Below, piece by piece: positions 55,290-64,000 of a stretch of 64,000 nt of DNA. The position numbers and the translations under genes were made by a program. Numbering within the stretch: the stretch's first letter is position 1; the number at the start of each line of letters is the position of its first letter. The notes below the pieces were generated by a model that was given only the letters and a program-made list of their open reading frames with translations, did not search any database and was not told the DNA's origin. The stretch is from Dictyostelium discoideum (lineage: Eukaryota), in assembly GCA_000004695.1 (NCBI GenBank), contig CM000150.2, positions 2,816,001-2,880,000 on the forward strand, in the 5' to 3' direction.

Positions 55290-56242
55290 GTTTTTATTAT
55301 TATCATCATTATTATTATTAATATTATTATTATTATTATTATTATTTGAAGTAGTTGAGAAATTTTCAAAAGGAGGGTTAAATTTACCTAAAAATTTATA
55401 GTCATTTATATCACAAACTTTTGTATTACCATTATTATTGTTATTGTTATTGTTATTGTTATTGTTATTGTTATTGTTATTGTTAATGTTATTGTTATTG
55501 TTATTATTATTATTATTTTTTGAATAGATTGAGTAAATTATATTTGAAATTTTTGAAATATCAAAACTTAATTGGATATCACATGTTTCAGTATTAATCG
55601 ATAGGATTATTGCTCTTATAAAGTCACCTTTATCATAATAATTAACATCTCTAATCATACTTTTTGAAAATTCAAAAACACTAATTGTTGCTTTAATTCG
55701 ATATTGTGATATTGATTTTAGTTCATTTGGAATTTTAATAAATTTATTATCACAATCTGATGTTGATTGGACATTACTAATCTCTAAAATTTCAATTCCT
55801 AATAATCCATTCTTTTCATCTTTCCAAATTATTGAACCAGTTATTAAAATTGAGTTCTCTCCATTTTCAAATAATTCATTTAATTTCTATAGACAATAAT
55901 TTAATTAATAAGATAAACAAAATAAAATAAAATAAAATAAAATAAAATAAAATAAAATAAAATAAATAAATAAATGAAATCACTTACTAAATATATATTT
56001 GATAATGATAATTTGTTTTTCTCTTGAATTGATTTAATTTTCAATGCGTCAAAGTATTTTGGAATATTACAAAGTCCACCTGATATTAAATAATTATTTG
56101 TGTTTGTTGAACTTACAACTTCATTATAACTTTCAACGGGTGGGGATTGTAATTTTAATTGTTCAACTTTTAAAACTAAAAAATCAATGAGTGGCGAAGT
56201 AGAATTTATCGTTGTAGTTGTGGTTGTGGTGGTCTTTATTGA

Positions 56243-56340
<98 letters not shown>

Positions 56341-56390
56341 CTTCTAAAATTAATGATTTGTCATTTTTTTTCCATTCATTTTCTCTTTTT
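53907..56390 (-). CDS. TPR-repeat protein with a Ser-Leu repeat and RS / RD dipeptide-repeat C-terminus; at least 3 exons, 5' end not located
   Basis: The last exon is 54885..53907 (..KNGIKYAKSGQYEKAINYYKEALNIDRDHKDAYVALGAVYANTSQFEKAISNFKQALKIDPNDVNADKYFKA.., then poly-N, SLSSLSSLSS, (RS)n and (RD)n). The preceding exon is 55886..54997 (KLNELFENGENSILITGSIIW..SNQNFIWAQSS, donor GTATGT, acceptor CTATAG). An upstream exon ends at 55988 (..ISGGLCNIPKYFDALKIKSIQEKNKLSLSNIYL, donor GTAAGT) and is open to ~56390 with no in-frame ATG found. Confidence 0.55.
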
Positions 56391-56412
56391 TGTTGTGAAA
56401 AATTTGTGTGCG

Positions 56413-56452
<40 letters not shown>

Positions 56453-56686
56453 ATAAAAAAAGATTTTTGCCTAATTAAATTAATTGAAAAAAAAAAAAAT
56501 GAAAAAAAAAAATTTAAAATAAATTAAAAAAAAAAAAAAAAAAAATAAAATAAATAAATTGTATTATGAAATTAGAAATTAAAGAGATATTAAATTTTAA
56601 TTAAAATAAAAATTTTTTTAATTCAAAAAAAAAAAAAATGAAAGAACGAACGAAATAAAAAAAAAAAAAAAAATGAAAGAAAGAAA

Positions 56687-56733
<47 letters not shown>

Positions 56734-57355
56734 AGAACAAACGAAAAAAAAAAAAAAAAAAGAAATCCAAACCTGCATAAAAAAAAAAAAAATAATTTTT
56801 TTTTTTTTATTTTTTTTTTTTATTATTAACATGAAAAAAAAATTAAACTTTAAAGAATTTTTTTTAGAATTTATAATAGGAAATAAAATGATGTTATAAA
56901 ATAAAATCAAATTTAAATTTAAATAAAATTAAAAATAGATAAAAAAAAAAAAAAAAAAAAAAAAAAATTAAAAAATAAAACTATATTAATAAATTATATA
57001 TTTATAATTTTAACTATAAAAAAATTTCCCTTTTTCAAAAAATTAACCATTTATTTTTTTTACTCTTTCGAATAAGATCTAATTTGAAGTTCTTTAATCA
57101 ATGCAATTAAAAAAGTTGAGTTGAAAAAAAAAAAAAAAAAAACTTTGATTCAACTGAACATAAAAATCTATATTTGGTAATTGATCTGCCTCAAATTTAT
57201 CCAAAAATAGAAAATATCTGGTTAAATCTATTTATTATAGTAAAATGGAGTTTTTTTTTGTTTTATTTTAAAAAAAAATGTCGTTATTCCTCTTTTTTAT
57301 TTTTTTTTTTTTTTTATAAATTAACATTTTAATTTTTTTTTTTTTTTATTAAATT

Positions 57356-57400
<45 letters not shown>

Positions 57401-57669
57401 CTTAATTTTAAATCTTATCAAATGTCTTTTTAATTTTTAAAATTATATTAACAACTTAAAGAAATAAAAATAAAAATTATAAAATTTTATAAATATAATA
57501 TCTTTTTTTTATTTTTATTTTTTTATTCTAAATTTAGAAAAAAAAAAAAAAAAAAAAACTTTTATAACAATTTTAAAAATAAAATCTTAAAAAAAAATAA
57601 AAATAACTTGTAATTAAATCAATAATTTATAATAATAAAAAAATATTTGAAATTTAATTTTTTTTTTAT

Positions 57670-57701
<32 letters not shown>

Positions 57702-57818
57702 TAGTTATTAATAAAATAATAATTCAATCACCTTTTAAACTAATAATAATAATAAAAAAAATATAAAATTATAAATAAATAATAAAATAAAATAAAATAA
57801 TAAATAATAATAATAAAA

Positions 57819-58859
57819 ATGGATAATAATAAATTAGTAATTTATAAAGTTATAGAAAATTTCAATATAAATCAAAATTATTTTAATAATTTATTTTTTA
57901 AAGTTTGGAGAAATATTTATATAAGGAAAATAATAATGTATCATTTGGAAATTTTTAATAATAAATTAAAAAGTGGTGAAAAAACATTTGATGATTTAAT
58001 ATCATTTTTAATTTATCCTTATAGGGATTATTTAACAAGTGTTTGTATTAATGGTATTGGTAGATACAATATCCCATCGGATTTTTTATTACCACCATTG
58101 ATCAAATCATTAAAATTTGGAGATCAATGGAATAAATTGATTTTACCAAGAGTTTTAACAAATTCATCATTGACATCGATTGAATTTGGAAATGACTTTA
58201 ATCAACCTTTATTCCCTGGCTCAATTCCAAACACTGTAAATTATTTAGAATTTGGAAAGTCATTTAATCAACCTATCATGCCAGGTGTGATTCCAAATTC
58301 TGTAACAATTTTAAAATTTGGTGATAATTTCAATCAACCATTGCCATCGAATATACTACCACAGTCAATTAAAACTTTTAAACTTGGTAAATTTTTTAAT
58401 CAACCATTAGAGGGGGGTTCAATACCTTTGTCTGTTGAAAATTATTATTATGATTCTTTACAACCAATTTCAAGATACTCTTTTCCTTGTTTTATTAAAT
58501 ATTTAGAATTTGGATCTGATTTTAATTACCCTTTAAAACCGGGTGATATTCCTCAATCGGTTCAAGTTTTAAAATTATCTTCATCATTTAATCAACCAAT
58601 AGAACCAAATTCAATACCGACAAGTGTTGAAACTTTAATATTTGGGGTTTCATTCAATCAAACAATTGAACCTGGATCACTTCCAAATAATATAAAAACT
58701 GTGGAATTCAATAAAAACTATGATAAACCAATTCCCCAAGGTACTATTCCAGAATCGGTTACAATACTTAGGTTTGGTCGTAGGTTTTCACAAAGTTTGT
58801 CAAAATCACATATACCGAATACTGTAACTTCACTTTTTATTGGTAATAATCGAATTTAA
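57819..58859 (+). CDS. FNIP-repeat protein (Dictyostelium 'FNIP' repeat family), 346 aa
   Basis: A single ORF. It has eleven or more tandem ~22-aa repeats 'FG..FNQP(I/L)..G.IP.SV..L.FG'. The N-terminus reads 'LFFKVWRNIYIRKII'. Confidence 0.75.
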   Translation: MDNNKLVIYKVIENFNINQNYFNNLFFKVWRNIYIRKIIMYHLEIFNNKLKSGEKTFDDLISFLIYPYRDYLTSVCINGIGRYNIPSDFLLPPLIKSLKFGDQWNKLILPRVLTNSSLTSIEFGNDFNQPLFPGSIPNTVNYLEFGKSFNQPIMPGVIPNSVTILKFGDNFNQPLPSNILPQSIKTFKLGKFFNQPLEGGSIPLSVENYYYDSLQPISRYSFPCFIKYLEFGSDFNYPLKPGDIPQSVQVLKLSSSFNQPIEPNSIPTSVETLIFGVSFNQTIEPGSLPNNIKTVEFNKNYDKPIPQGTIPESVTILRFGRRFSQSLSKSHIPNTVTSLFIGNNRI

Positions 58860-59150
58860 TAAATAAATTAATTTTTTATAATATAATAAAATAAAATGAT
58901 ATAAACTTTTTTTTTTTTTTTTTTTTTTTCAAAATAATTAAAATTAACATTTAAAAAATATTTTTTTTTCTTTTATTTAGAATTATGGTTATTTTATTTA
59001 GTGAATTTTACAATTTTAATTATTAATTTAAATAATAAAAATAATTTAAATAATATTTTTTATTTTATTAAAAAATAAAAAAATGAAAAAAATAAATAAA
59101 AATATATAAATTACTTTTTTTTTTTTTTTTTTTTTTATTATTAAAATATT

Positions 59151-60971
59151 TTAACTTTTAATTAAATTTATTATAAATATTTTTTTAATTTTTTTTAATT
59201 TTTTAAAATAATTTTCAATATCTTGAGGTTCTTTAAAAAATAAATATATATTAAATTCTTTTAATGATGATTGTTTATAATTTTTATAATTCTTTTTAAA
59301 TTCTTTTTGAAATTCTTTAAAATAAATTAAAATATTATTAAAAATAGAAATATCATATATTTTTAAAGTTATTGAATATAATGAATTATAAGAATTAAAA
59401 TTTAAAAATAAAAATTTAAATATTAAATTATAATTCAACTGATGATCATCAAATTTTGGTGGTAATAATTCAATAATTAAATGATTAATTGAATTATTAA
59501 TTTTAAATAAATTTGAAAATAAATAATTTAAAATTGAATTTGGTAATTGATATTTTTTAAATGATAATGTTTTTAATTTAAAATTTGATTCTAATGATTT
59601 AAAAAAGTTTATTGAATAATCTGGATAACCATTTAAATTTAAATCAAAACCAATATCAAAATATTGAATTTGGTTATCATCAGATTCTAAAATTCTTTTT
59701 AGCCCATTTAATATTACATTTTCGGAAATTGAATAAATTAATTGATGATTTGGTGAAATTTTGAAACATTCATCATTCATTTTCATACAAAAACTATCAA
59801 TTGATAATTTTTTTAAATTTTTACAATTTGATAATGAATTAATCATTGATTCCCAATGAGATGAATCATTTTGTTCACTTTCAATTTCTCTATTACCAAT
59901 GAAATAATAATTACAATCTCTTAAAGTTTCTTCATCTTTTTTAAAATTTTCATCATTTATTAGAATTGATTTTATTATATCATGAATTAATAATGATATT
60001 GATAATGTATGTAAATTTGGCAAATGATAATTAATATTTTTTAAATTTCCAACATTTACCCAACCTTCTTTAATTATAATTGATTCCAATCTATCATTAT
60101 CAGTTGAAAATAATGGTGAATAATTATAACTTGGTCTCTCATCATAATCATCATAATATTCTTTAATTTCAATTTTTTTTGGTTTTAATGATTGAATCAC
60201 TGGAAATCTCGAACTATAATTCCCATTATATTCTCTAATTGTTAATTTATTAATTTTAAACATTTCATTTGAAAGTCCAAATTGATCTCTATGAATTTCA
60301 TCCCACTTTCTACTTGTCAACCATTCAATATCAATTATTAATTTATCTTGATAATTTTGATTATTATTATTAATATTATTAATTAATTTTGAAATTGTAT
60401 TTAATATTAAATCTGATTCACTTGATGTTGATTCATAACCTTTAATATTATCAATTATAATCTTTTCATAATTAAAAATTGAACTATTTTCATTAATTTC
60501 TTTAATCATTTCAATTGATTTATTATAATTATCTCCATGATCATTTGCATGAATAATTAAAACTCTTTCATTAAAATAATTTGTAATTAATTGGTTTTCA
60601 ATATTAATAATTGAATTTACATTATTAATTGATAGAGTAAAATTTCTTAATGTATCTTTTAGTTCATGTGAAATTTTATTTATATTAAATTGTTTATTCC
60701 TACAAAAAATCCATTTATTTAATATATCGTTTTCAATTATATTATTTTCAATTATATTTGATATAAATTGAAACCATTTTTTTGATACTAATGAATAATC
60801 AATTATCTCTTTATTATATCTAAAAAATCTTTTTTTTGAATAATGTCTTTTAATATCATAAAAAGACTGTTTCTTTTTATTCTTTATTAACAAATAATCT
60901 AGAATTTTTTTTAAAATTTCATTTTCTAAATATTTTGGTACTATTTTTTTATTTGTAAATTGGTTTCCCAT
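59151..60971 (-). CDS. Hypothetical 606-aa protein, F-box-like N-terminus and leucine-rich-repeat-like body; N-terminal MGNQFT (myristoylation-type) start
   Basis: An ORF-track ORF. 'ILKKILDYLLIK' is F-box-like. The body has repeated L-x-x-L-x-L-x-x-N/C patterns ('NCKNLKKLSIDSF', 'LKTLSFKKYQLPNSILNYL'). Confidence 0.5.
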   Translation of the reverse strand: MGNQFTNKKIVPKYLENEILKKILDYLLIKNKKKQSFYDIKRHYSKKRFFRYNKEIIDYSLVSKKWFQFISNIIENNIIENDILNKWIFCRNKQFNINKISHELKDTLRNFTLSINNVNSIINIENQLITNYFNERVLIIHANDHGDNYNKSIEMIKEINENSSIFNYEKIIIDNIKGYESTSSESDLILNTISKLINNINNNNQNYQDKLIIDIEWLTSRKWDEIHRDQFGLSNEMFKINKLTIREYNGNYSSRFPVIQSLKPKKIEIKEYYDDYDERPSYNYSPLFSTDNDRLESIIIKEGWVNVGNLKNINYHLPNLHTLSISLLIHDIIKSILINDENFKKDEETLRDCNYYFIGNREIESEQNDSSHWESMINSLSNCKNLKKLSIDSFCMKMNDECFKISPNHQLIYSISENVILNGLKRILESDDNQIQYFDIGFDLNLNGYPDYSINFFKSLESNFKLKTLSFKKYQLPNSILNYLFSNLFKINNSINHLIIELLPPKFDDHQLNYNLIFKFLFLNFNSYNSLYSITLKIYDISIFNNILIYFKEFQKEFKKNYKNYKQSSLKEFNIYLFFKEPQDIENYFKKLKKIKKIFIINLIKS

Positions 60972-61440
60972 TATTTAAAAAAAAAAAAAAAATTTTTATA
61001 ACAATAGAAAAAAAATTAAAAAAAATAAAAAAAAAAATAAAAAAAAAAATAAAAAAAAATTTATTTTTAGATTTTTTAAAATAAATTAAAAAATAAAAAA
61101 TCTTTAGCCCTTTGGCTTTTTTATTTTTAAGAAAAATATTGATAAAAACACCCAAAAAAAAAAAATTAATATTTTATATTTCATTTTATTTTTTTTATTT
61201 TTTTTTAATAATTTAATATTTTATTTATTTGAAGAAATTCAAAAAAACAGAATGATTACATTCATTTTTTTTAAATATTTCTTATCATTTTGTGTATTTT
61301 TCAGATTCTCTATTTTTCTATACTAAATTCATAATTATTTTCTTTATTTAAAAAATGAAATAAACAAAATTAAAAAATGCTTCAATTTTTTAAATGGAAA
61401 TACCTCAAGAATTCTTGAGATATTTTATATGCCTCCTTTT

Positions 61441-61541
61441 TTTTGAATGGAATAACGCAATTTTTAGTTGCTTCTTCTTGAGATATAACTCATTTTATTA
61501 ATTTTATTATTAGATATTACAGGTGCCTTTTAAGGTTGTAT

Positions 61542-61608
<67 letters not shown>

Positions 61609-61700
61609 GTTGGGGGGGTGTAGAGTATGTGTGACGTAATATATTTGTTGAGGTTTGATGGTAGTGCTACTGTGTGTAGTGGTTCCAGTGTTTGCCATAA
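61441..61700 (-). mobile_element. TRE5-family 3'-end relic (C-module-like plus long oligo(A)), ~50 bp upstream of tRNA-Lys
   Basis: 'tttgaatggaataacgcaatttttagttgcttcttcttgagata..ctcattttatt' is about 80% identical to the TRE5-A C-module ends at 33001 and 41722. It is followed by '..attacaggtgcc' (cf. 'ttacagggtc') and a T60 tract at 61548..61606, which is A60 on the element strand. Confidence 0.5.
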
Positions 61701-61752
61701 ACAATTTTAAATGCCTCCGGATCTAGTAAAAAATATTCTTTTTCAAAAAAAT

Positions 61753-61825
61753 GCCCAGATAGCTCAGTCGGTAGAGCGCAAGGCTTTTAACCTTGTGGTC
61801 GGGGGTTCGAGCCCCCCTTTGGGCG
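61753..61825 (+). tRNA. tRNA-Lys (anticodon UUU)
   Basis: The acceptor GCCCAGA pairs with TTTGGGC. The D-arm is GCTC-AGTCGGTA-GAGC. The anticodon arm is CAAGG-CTTTTAA-CCTTG with TTT. The T-arm is GGGGG-TTCGAGC-CCCCC. Confidence 0.85.
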
Positions 61826-61852
61826 AAATTTTATGTTGGGACCCCAAAAACA

Positions 61853-61867
61853 AAGGGTTCGACTCCC
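61853..61867 (+). promoter_or_regulatory. ex-B box downstream of tRNA-Lys
   Basis: 'aaGGGTTCGACTCCc' lies about 28 bp 3' of the tRNA. Confidence 0.5.
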
Positions 61868-61899
61868 AATTAAACATAATGCATTTAAAATCACTATAA

Positions 61900-62338
61900 T
61901 ACCCTCCTACATGAAAAAAGATCATGAAGTAACATAGACTACATCCATTCAAAATTTCATAAACATTTTGAATGGTGATATAAAGCTATAGACTATGACC
62001 TTTCTAGACATTTTTCATATAAAAATATAATAGCATTGATATTACACCAAATATGGTTATGATTTGCAATCAAATATACAGTGACGACAAAATTCAAGAA
62101 TCATCTTTAGACTACAACATTATTCTCAAAAAATGGTACAAATCTGCAACTTTAGACTATATAAATAAAGTAAAAAACTTTAAACTATCATTATCAAAAG
62201 ACTCACTCTCAATCTGTTACAAAAACGAATACATCAAACAAATTAAAAATATCAAAAATCATAGAGTCAAAGAATATTGTATACCGATCATAGCCCTACC
62301 ACATAGAGTGATTGTGGATCAATTTATTTAAAAAAATT
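61900..62338 (+). mobile_element. Possible 5'-truncated TRE3-type (downstream-of-tRNA) retroelement relic ending in an A-run
   Basis: A ~440-bp block starts about 75 bp 3' of tRNA-Lys. It is more complex than the flanks, holds a 92-aa ORF (62053..62331, ..HRVKEYCIPIIALPHRVIVDQFI*) and ends '..tttaaaaaaattg'. The assignment rests on position and composition only, not on recognised sequence. Confidence 0.25.
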
Positions 62339-62469
62339 GAATCAAATTATAACAATATAACTAATTGGTATTATTTAAAAAAAAAAAAGAAACTTAAATA
62401 AATAAAATAAAATAAAATAAACATTTATTATTGCAGAAGGTTCAATCCTAGCTAATAATTAATTAATAT

Positions 62470-62508
<39 letters not shown>

Positions 62509-62931
62509 AAAATTTGTGACAGAAAGAGAAGCATATTTTTTGAATTTCTTTATAAGAGCATTATAAAAAGACTTGTTTCAATTTGTTCTAATTCAATACC
62601 ACCAATCGATTTCAATTTTTTCGTCCCAACCTAATTGGCAGAGATTGTGGAAAACATCAGGTCTTTATCTTAATTGTAAAATTAAAAAAGAAAAACTTAA
62701 AATGAAAAAAGATTGAAGCCCAAATGGGAATAAATGTTTAAGATTTTCATTAACGATAAATCTGATGAATAAAATAAATAAGTTAAGGATTTTATTGTTT
62801 ATATTTATCATTACAAATCATTTGTAATAAATAAATTTTCATAAATGATGAATTGTTAATTGTAAATAATAATGATGATTTTTTATTATTATTATTATTA
62901 TTAATATTATTATTATTATTAATTATTATTA

Positions 62932-63521
62932 TTAAGAATTATAATTATAAGTTTGAATACCAAATATTTCATCATAATAAGAGATTAAACAAGTCATGAC
63001 TTCAACAGAGACACCTAAAGTTGGAGCGAAAACAATGGCTAAATTTACAGTACCCATTTTAGTTGAAGGTTCAAAAGAGATAGCATTCAATAAATTACAA
63101 AGATAATGTAGTATACATCTATTTGATTCTGGTAAACGTTGTAATAAAATAATTGATCCAGCAATACGTTTAGATATTGCGTCGGATGAATTACCACCTA
63201 CACGTAGTTCTTCTAATTCTTCACCAAAGTCTTGAGTGAATAAAGTCTCTGGAATTTGACGTAAATATAATTTCAAAATACCAGATACAACATGCTGATC
63301 CAATTGTTGATAAAGGTCAACATTAACACCACGATCAAATTCATTCTTTAACAATGTGATTGCATTTGCACTACCACTTAATCTAAATATACCCTCTTCT
63401 TGAATACCTTTCTCTCTAATATATTCAATTGATTTATAAATTACATCTGGTATTAATGGATGTAATGTTGCTGATTTTTTAACTGCTTCTTCTAATGGTA
63501 TTCCAAATATAATATTTTCAA

Positions 63522-63552
<31 letters not shown>

Positions 63553-64000
63553 TATATTATTATTATTATTATTATTATTTTCATTATGATCAACTTCATC
63601 ATTATTATTATTATTTACACTTGTTGATGATTTTGATTTTGATGTAACTTCGGATACCTTATTTTTAGTTAAAGTACCAACGATTGCTGCTTTCTTTTTA
63701 ATATCACCACCAATCATTCTAAATTTACCTGCAATTCTTCCAACACCAGCAGATAATTGTGACTGTTGTTGTTGGGTTTGGGTTTGTTGTTGTTGTAAAT
63801 CATCTGATGAACCTGAATTTGAATTTAATATTGAACCTGTTTGATGATCATCAGTAGTAGTGCTGTTTGTTGATTGACTTTGAGTATCTTTTGAAAATGA
63901 ATTACCACCTCTTGAACCTACACCCAATTTTTTATGTTGACTAGTATTATTTGTTGAATATTCAATTGTACCACTCTCCCATTCAAATACTGCATTATTA
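62932..64000 (-). CDS. RhoGAP-domain protein, 3' part; CDS continues upstream beyond the window end
   Basis: RhoGAP motifs are 'IFGIPLEEAVKKS..PLIPDVIYKSIEYIREKGIQEEGIFRLSGSANAITLLKNEFD' and 'NLAIVFAPTL'. The stop is at 62932. The frame stays open to position 64000 (..NNAVFEWESGTIEYSTNNTSQHKKLGVGSRGG..). Confidence 0.8.

Noticed and set aside
56187-56910. Poly-L, poly-Y and poly-F ORFs
   Set aside because: They are translations of (ATT)n/(AAT)n repeats and A/T homopolymers in the 5' region of the TPR gene and in intergenic DNA.

Overview
AT-rich (~78% A+T) nuclear genomic DNA with the hallmarks of Dictyostelium discoideum: (CAA)n/(AAT)n coding microsatellites giving poly-Q and poly-N tracts, short AT-rich introns with GTAAGT/GTATGT donors and (A/T)nAG acceptors, and tRNA-targeted TRE5-A retrotransposons. 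I count about 22 protein-coding genes, most needing one or more intron joins that the six-frame track cannot show, and 4 tRNA genes, each followed by a downstream ex-B box.

Protein-coding genes, in window order:
- a ~2,227-aa acidic poly-Q protein of unknown family (2161..9136, minus);
- a ~2,337-aa alpha-2-macroglobulin/TEP-like protein with a CxEQ thioester-like motif and two embedded ubiquitin-like domains (9931..17171);
- a 75-aa Lys/Arg-rich protein whose first exon is the ATG alone (17557..17931, minus);
- a BSD-domain protein (18458..19595);
- an Asn-rich hypothetical protein (20013..20591);
- a mitoferrin-type mitochondrial carrier (20764..22030, minus);
- proteasome beta-2 subunit, psmB2 (23118..23714);
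- a 9-exon long-chain acyl-CoA synthetase (24597..27560);
- a divergent actin (28541..29608);
- a possible 64-aa two-exon gene (29861..30125, minus);
- a vWA-like plus septin/AIG1-like P-loop GTPase protein (36550..38865), with a truncated pseudogene paralogue of its 5' half at 34380..35110;
- a 91-aa ORF with atypical GC-rich codons (42083..42358, minus);
- a Fic-domain protein (43071..43931);
- an RFWD3-like RING, coiled-coil, WD40 protein carrying a ~50-Asn run (44257..47558);
- an N-terminally anchored cytochrome b5 (47702..48193, minus);
- annexin VII, nxnA, with a 129-nt GYPPQQ-repeat exon (48584..50468, minus);
- a possible 36-aa ORF (51301..51411);
- a frameshifted gene sharing the N-terminal 'WRNIY' motif of the FNIP family (51809..53337, minus);
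- a TPR plus RS/RD-repeat protein (53907..56390, minus);
- an FNIP-repeat protein (57819..58859);
- an F-box/LRR-like protein (59151..60971, minus);
- a RhoGAP-domain protein running off the window (62932..64000, minus).

tRNA and mobile-element landscape:
- tRNA-Trp(CCA), intron-containing (1548..1634), with a TRE5-A-derived fragment on its 5' side;
- two tRNA-Gln(UUG) genes in inverted orientation (34045..34117 plus; 39252..39324 minus), each with a TRE5-A insertion on its 5' side bounded by 15-16-bp target-site duplications. Together they bracket the vWA-GTPase gene, its upstream pseudogene and a ~135-bp nested palindromic element;
- tRNA-Lys(UUU) (61753..61825), with a TRE5-like 3' relic upstream and a possible TRE3-like relic downstream.

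No rRNA or CRISPR arrays were found. The items I consider most worth follow-up are the ubiquitin-like domains inside the A2M/TEP-like protein, the vWA-GTPase fusion with its pseudogene inside the inverted tRNA-Gln/TRE5-A module, the nested palindromic element, and the Fic-domain gene.
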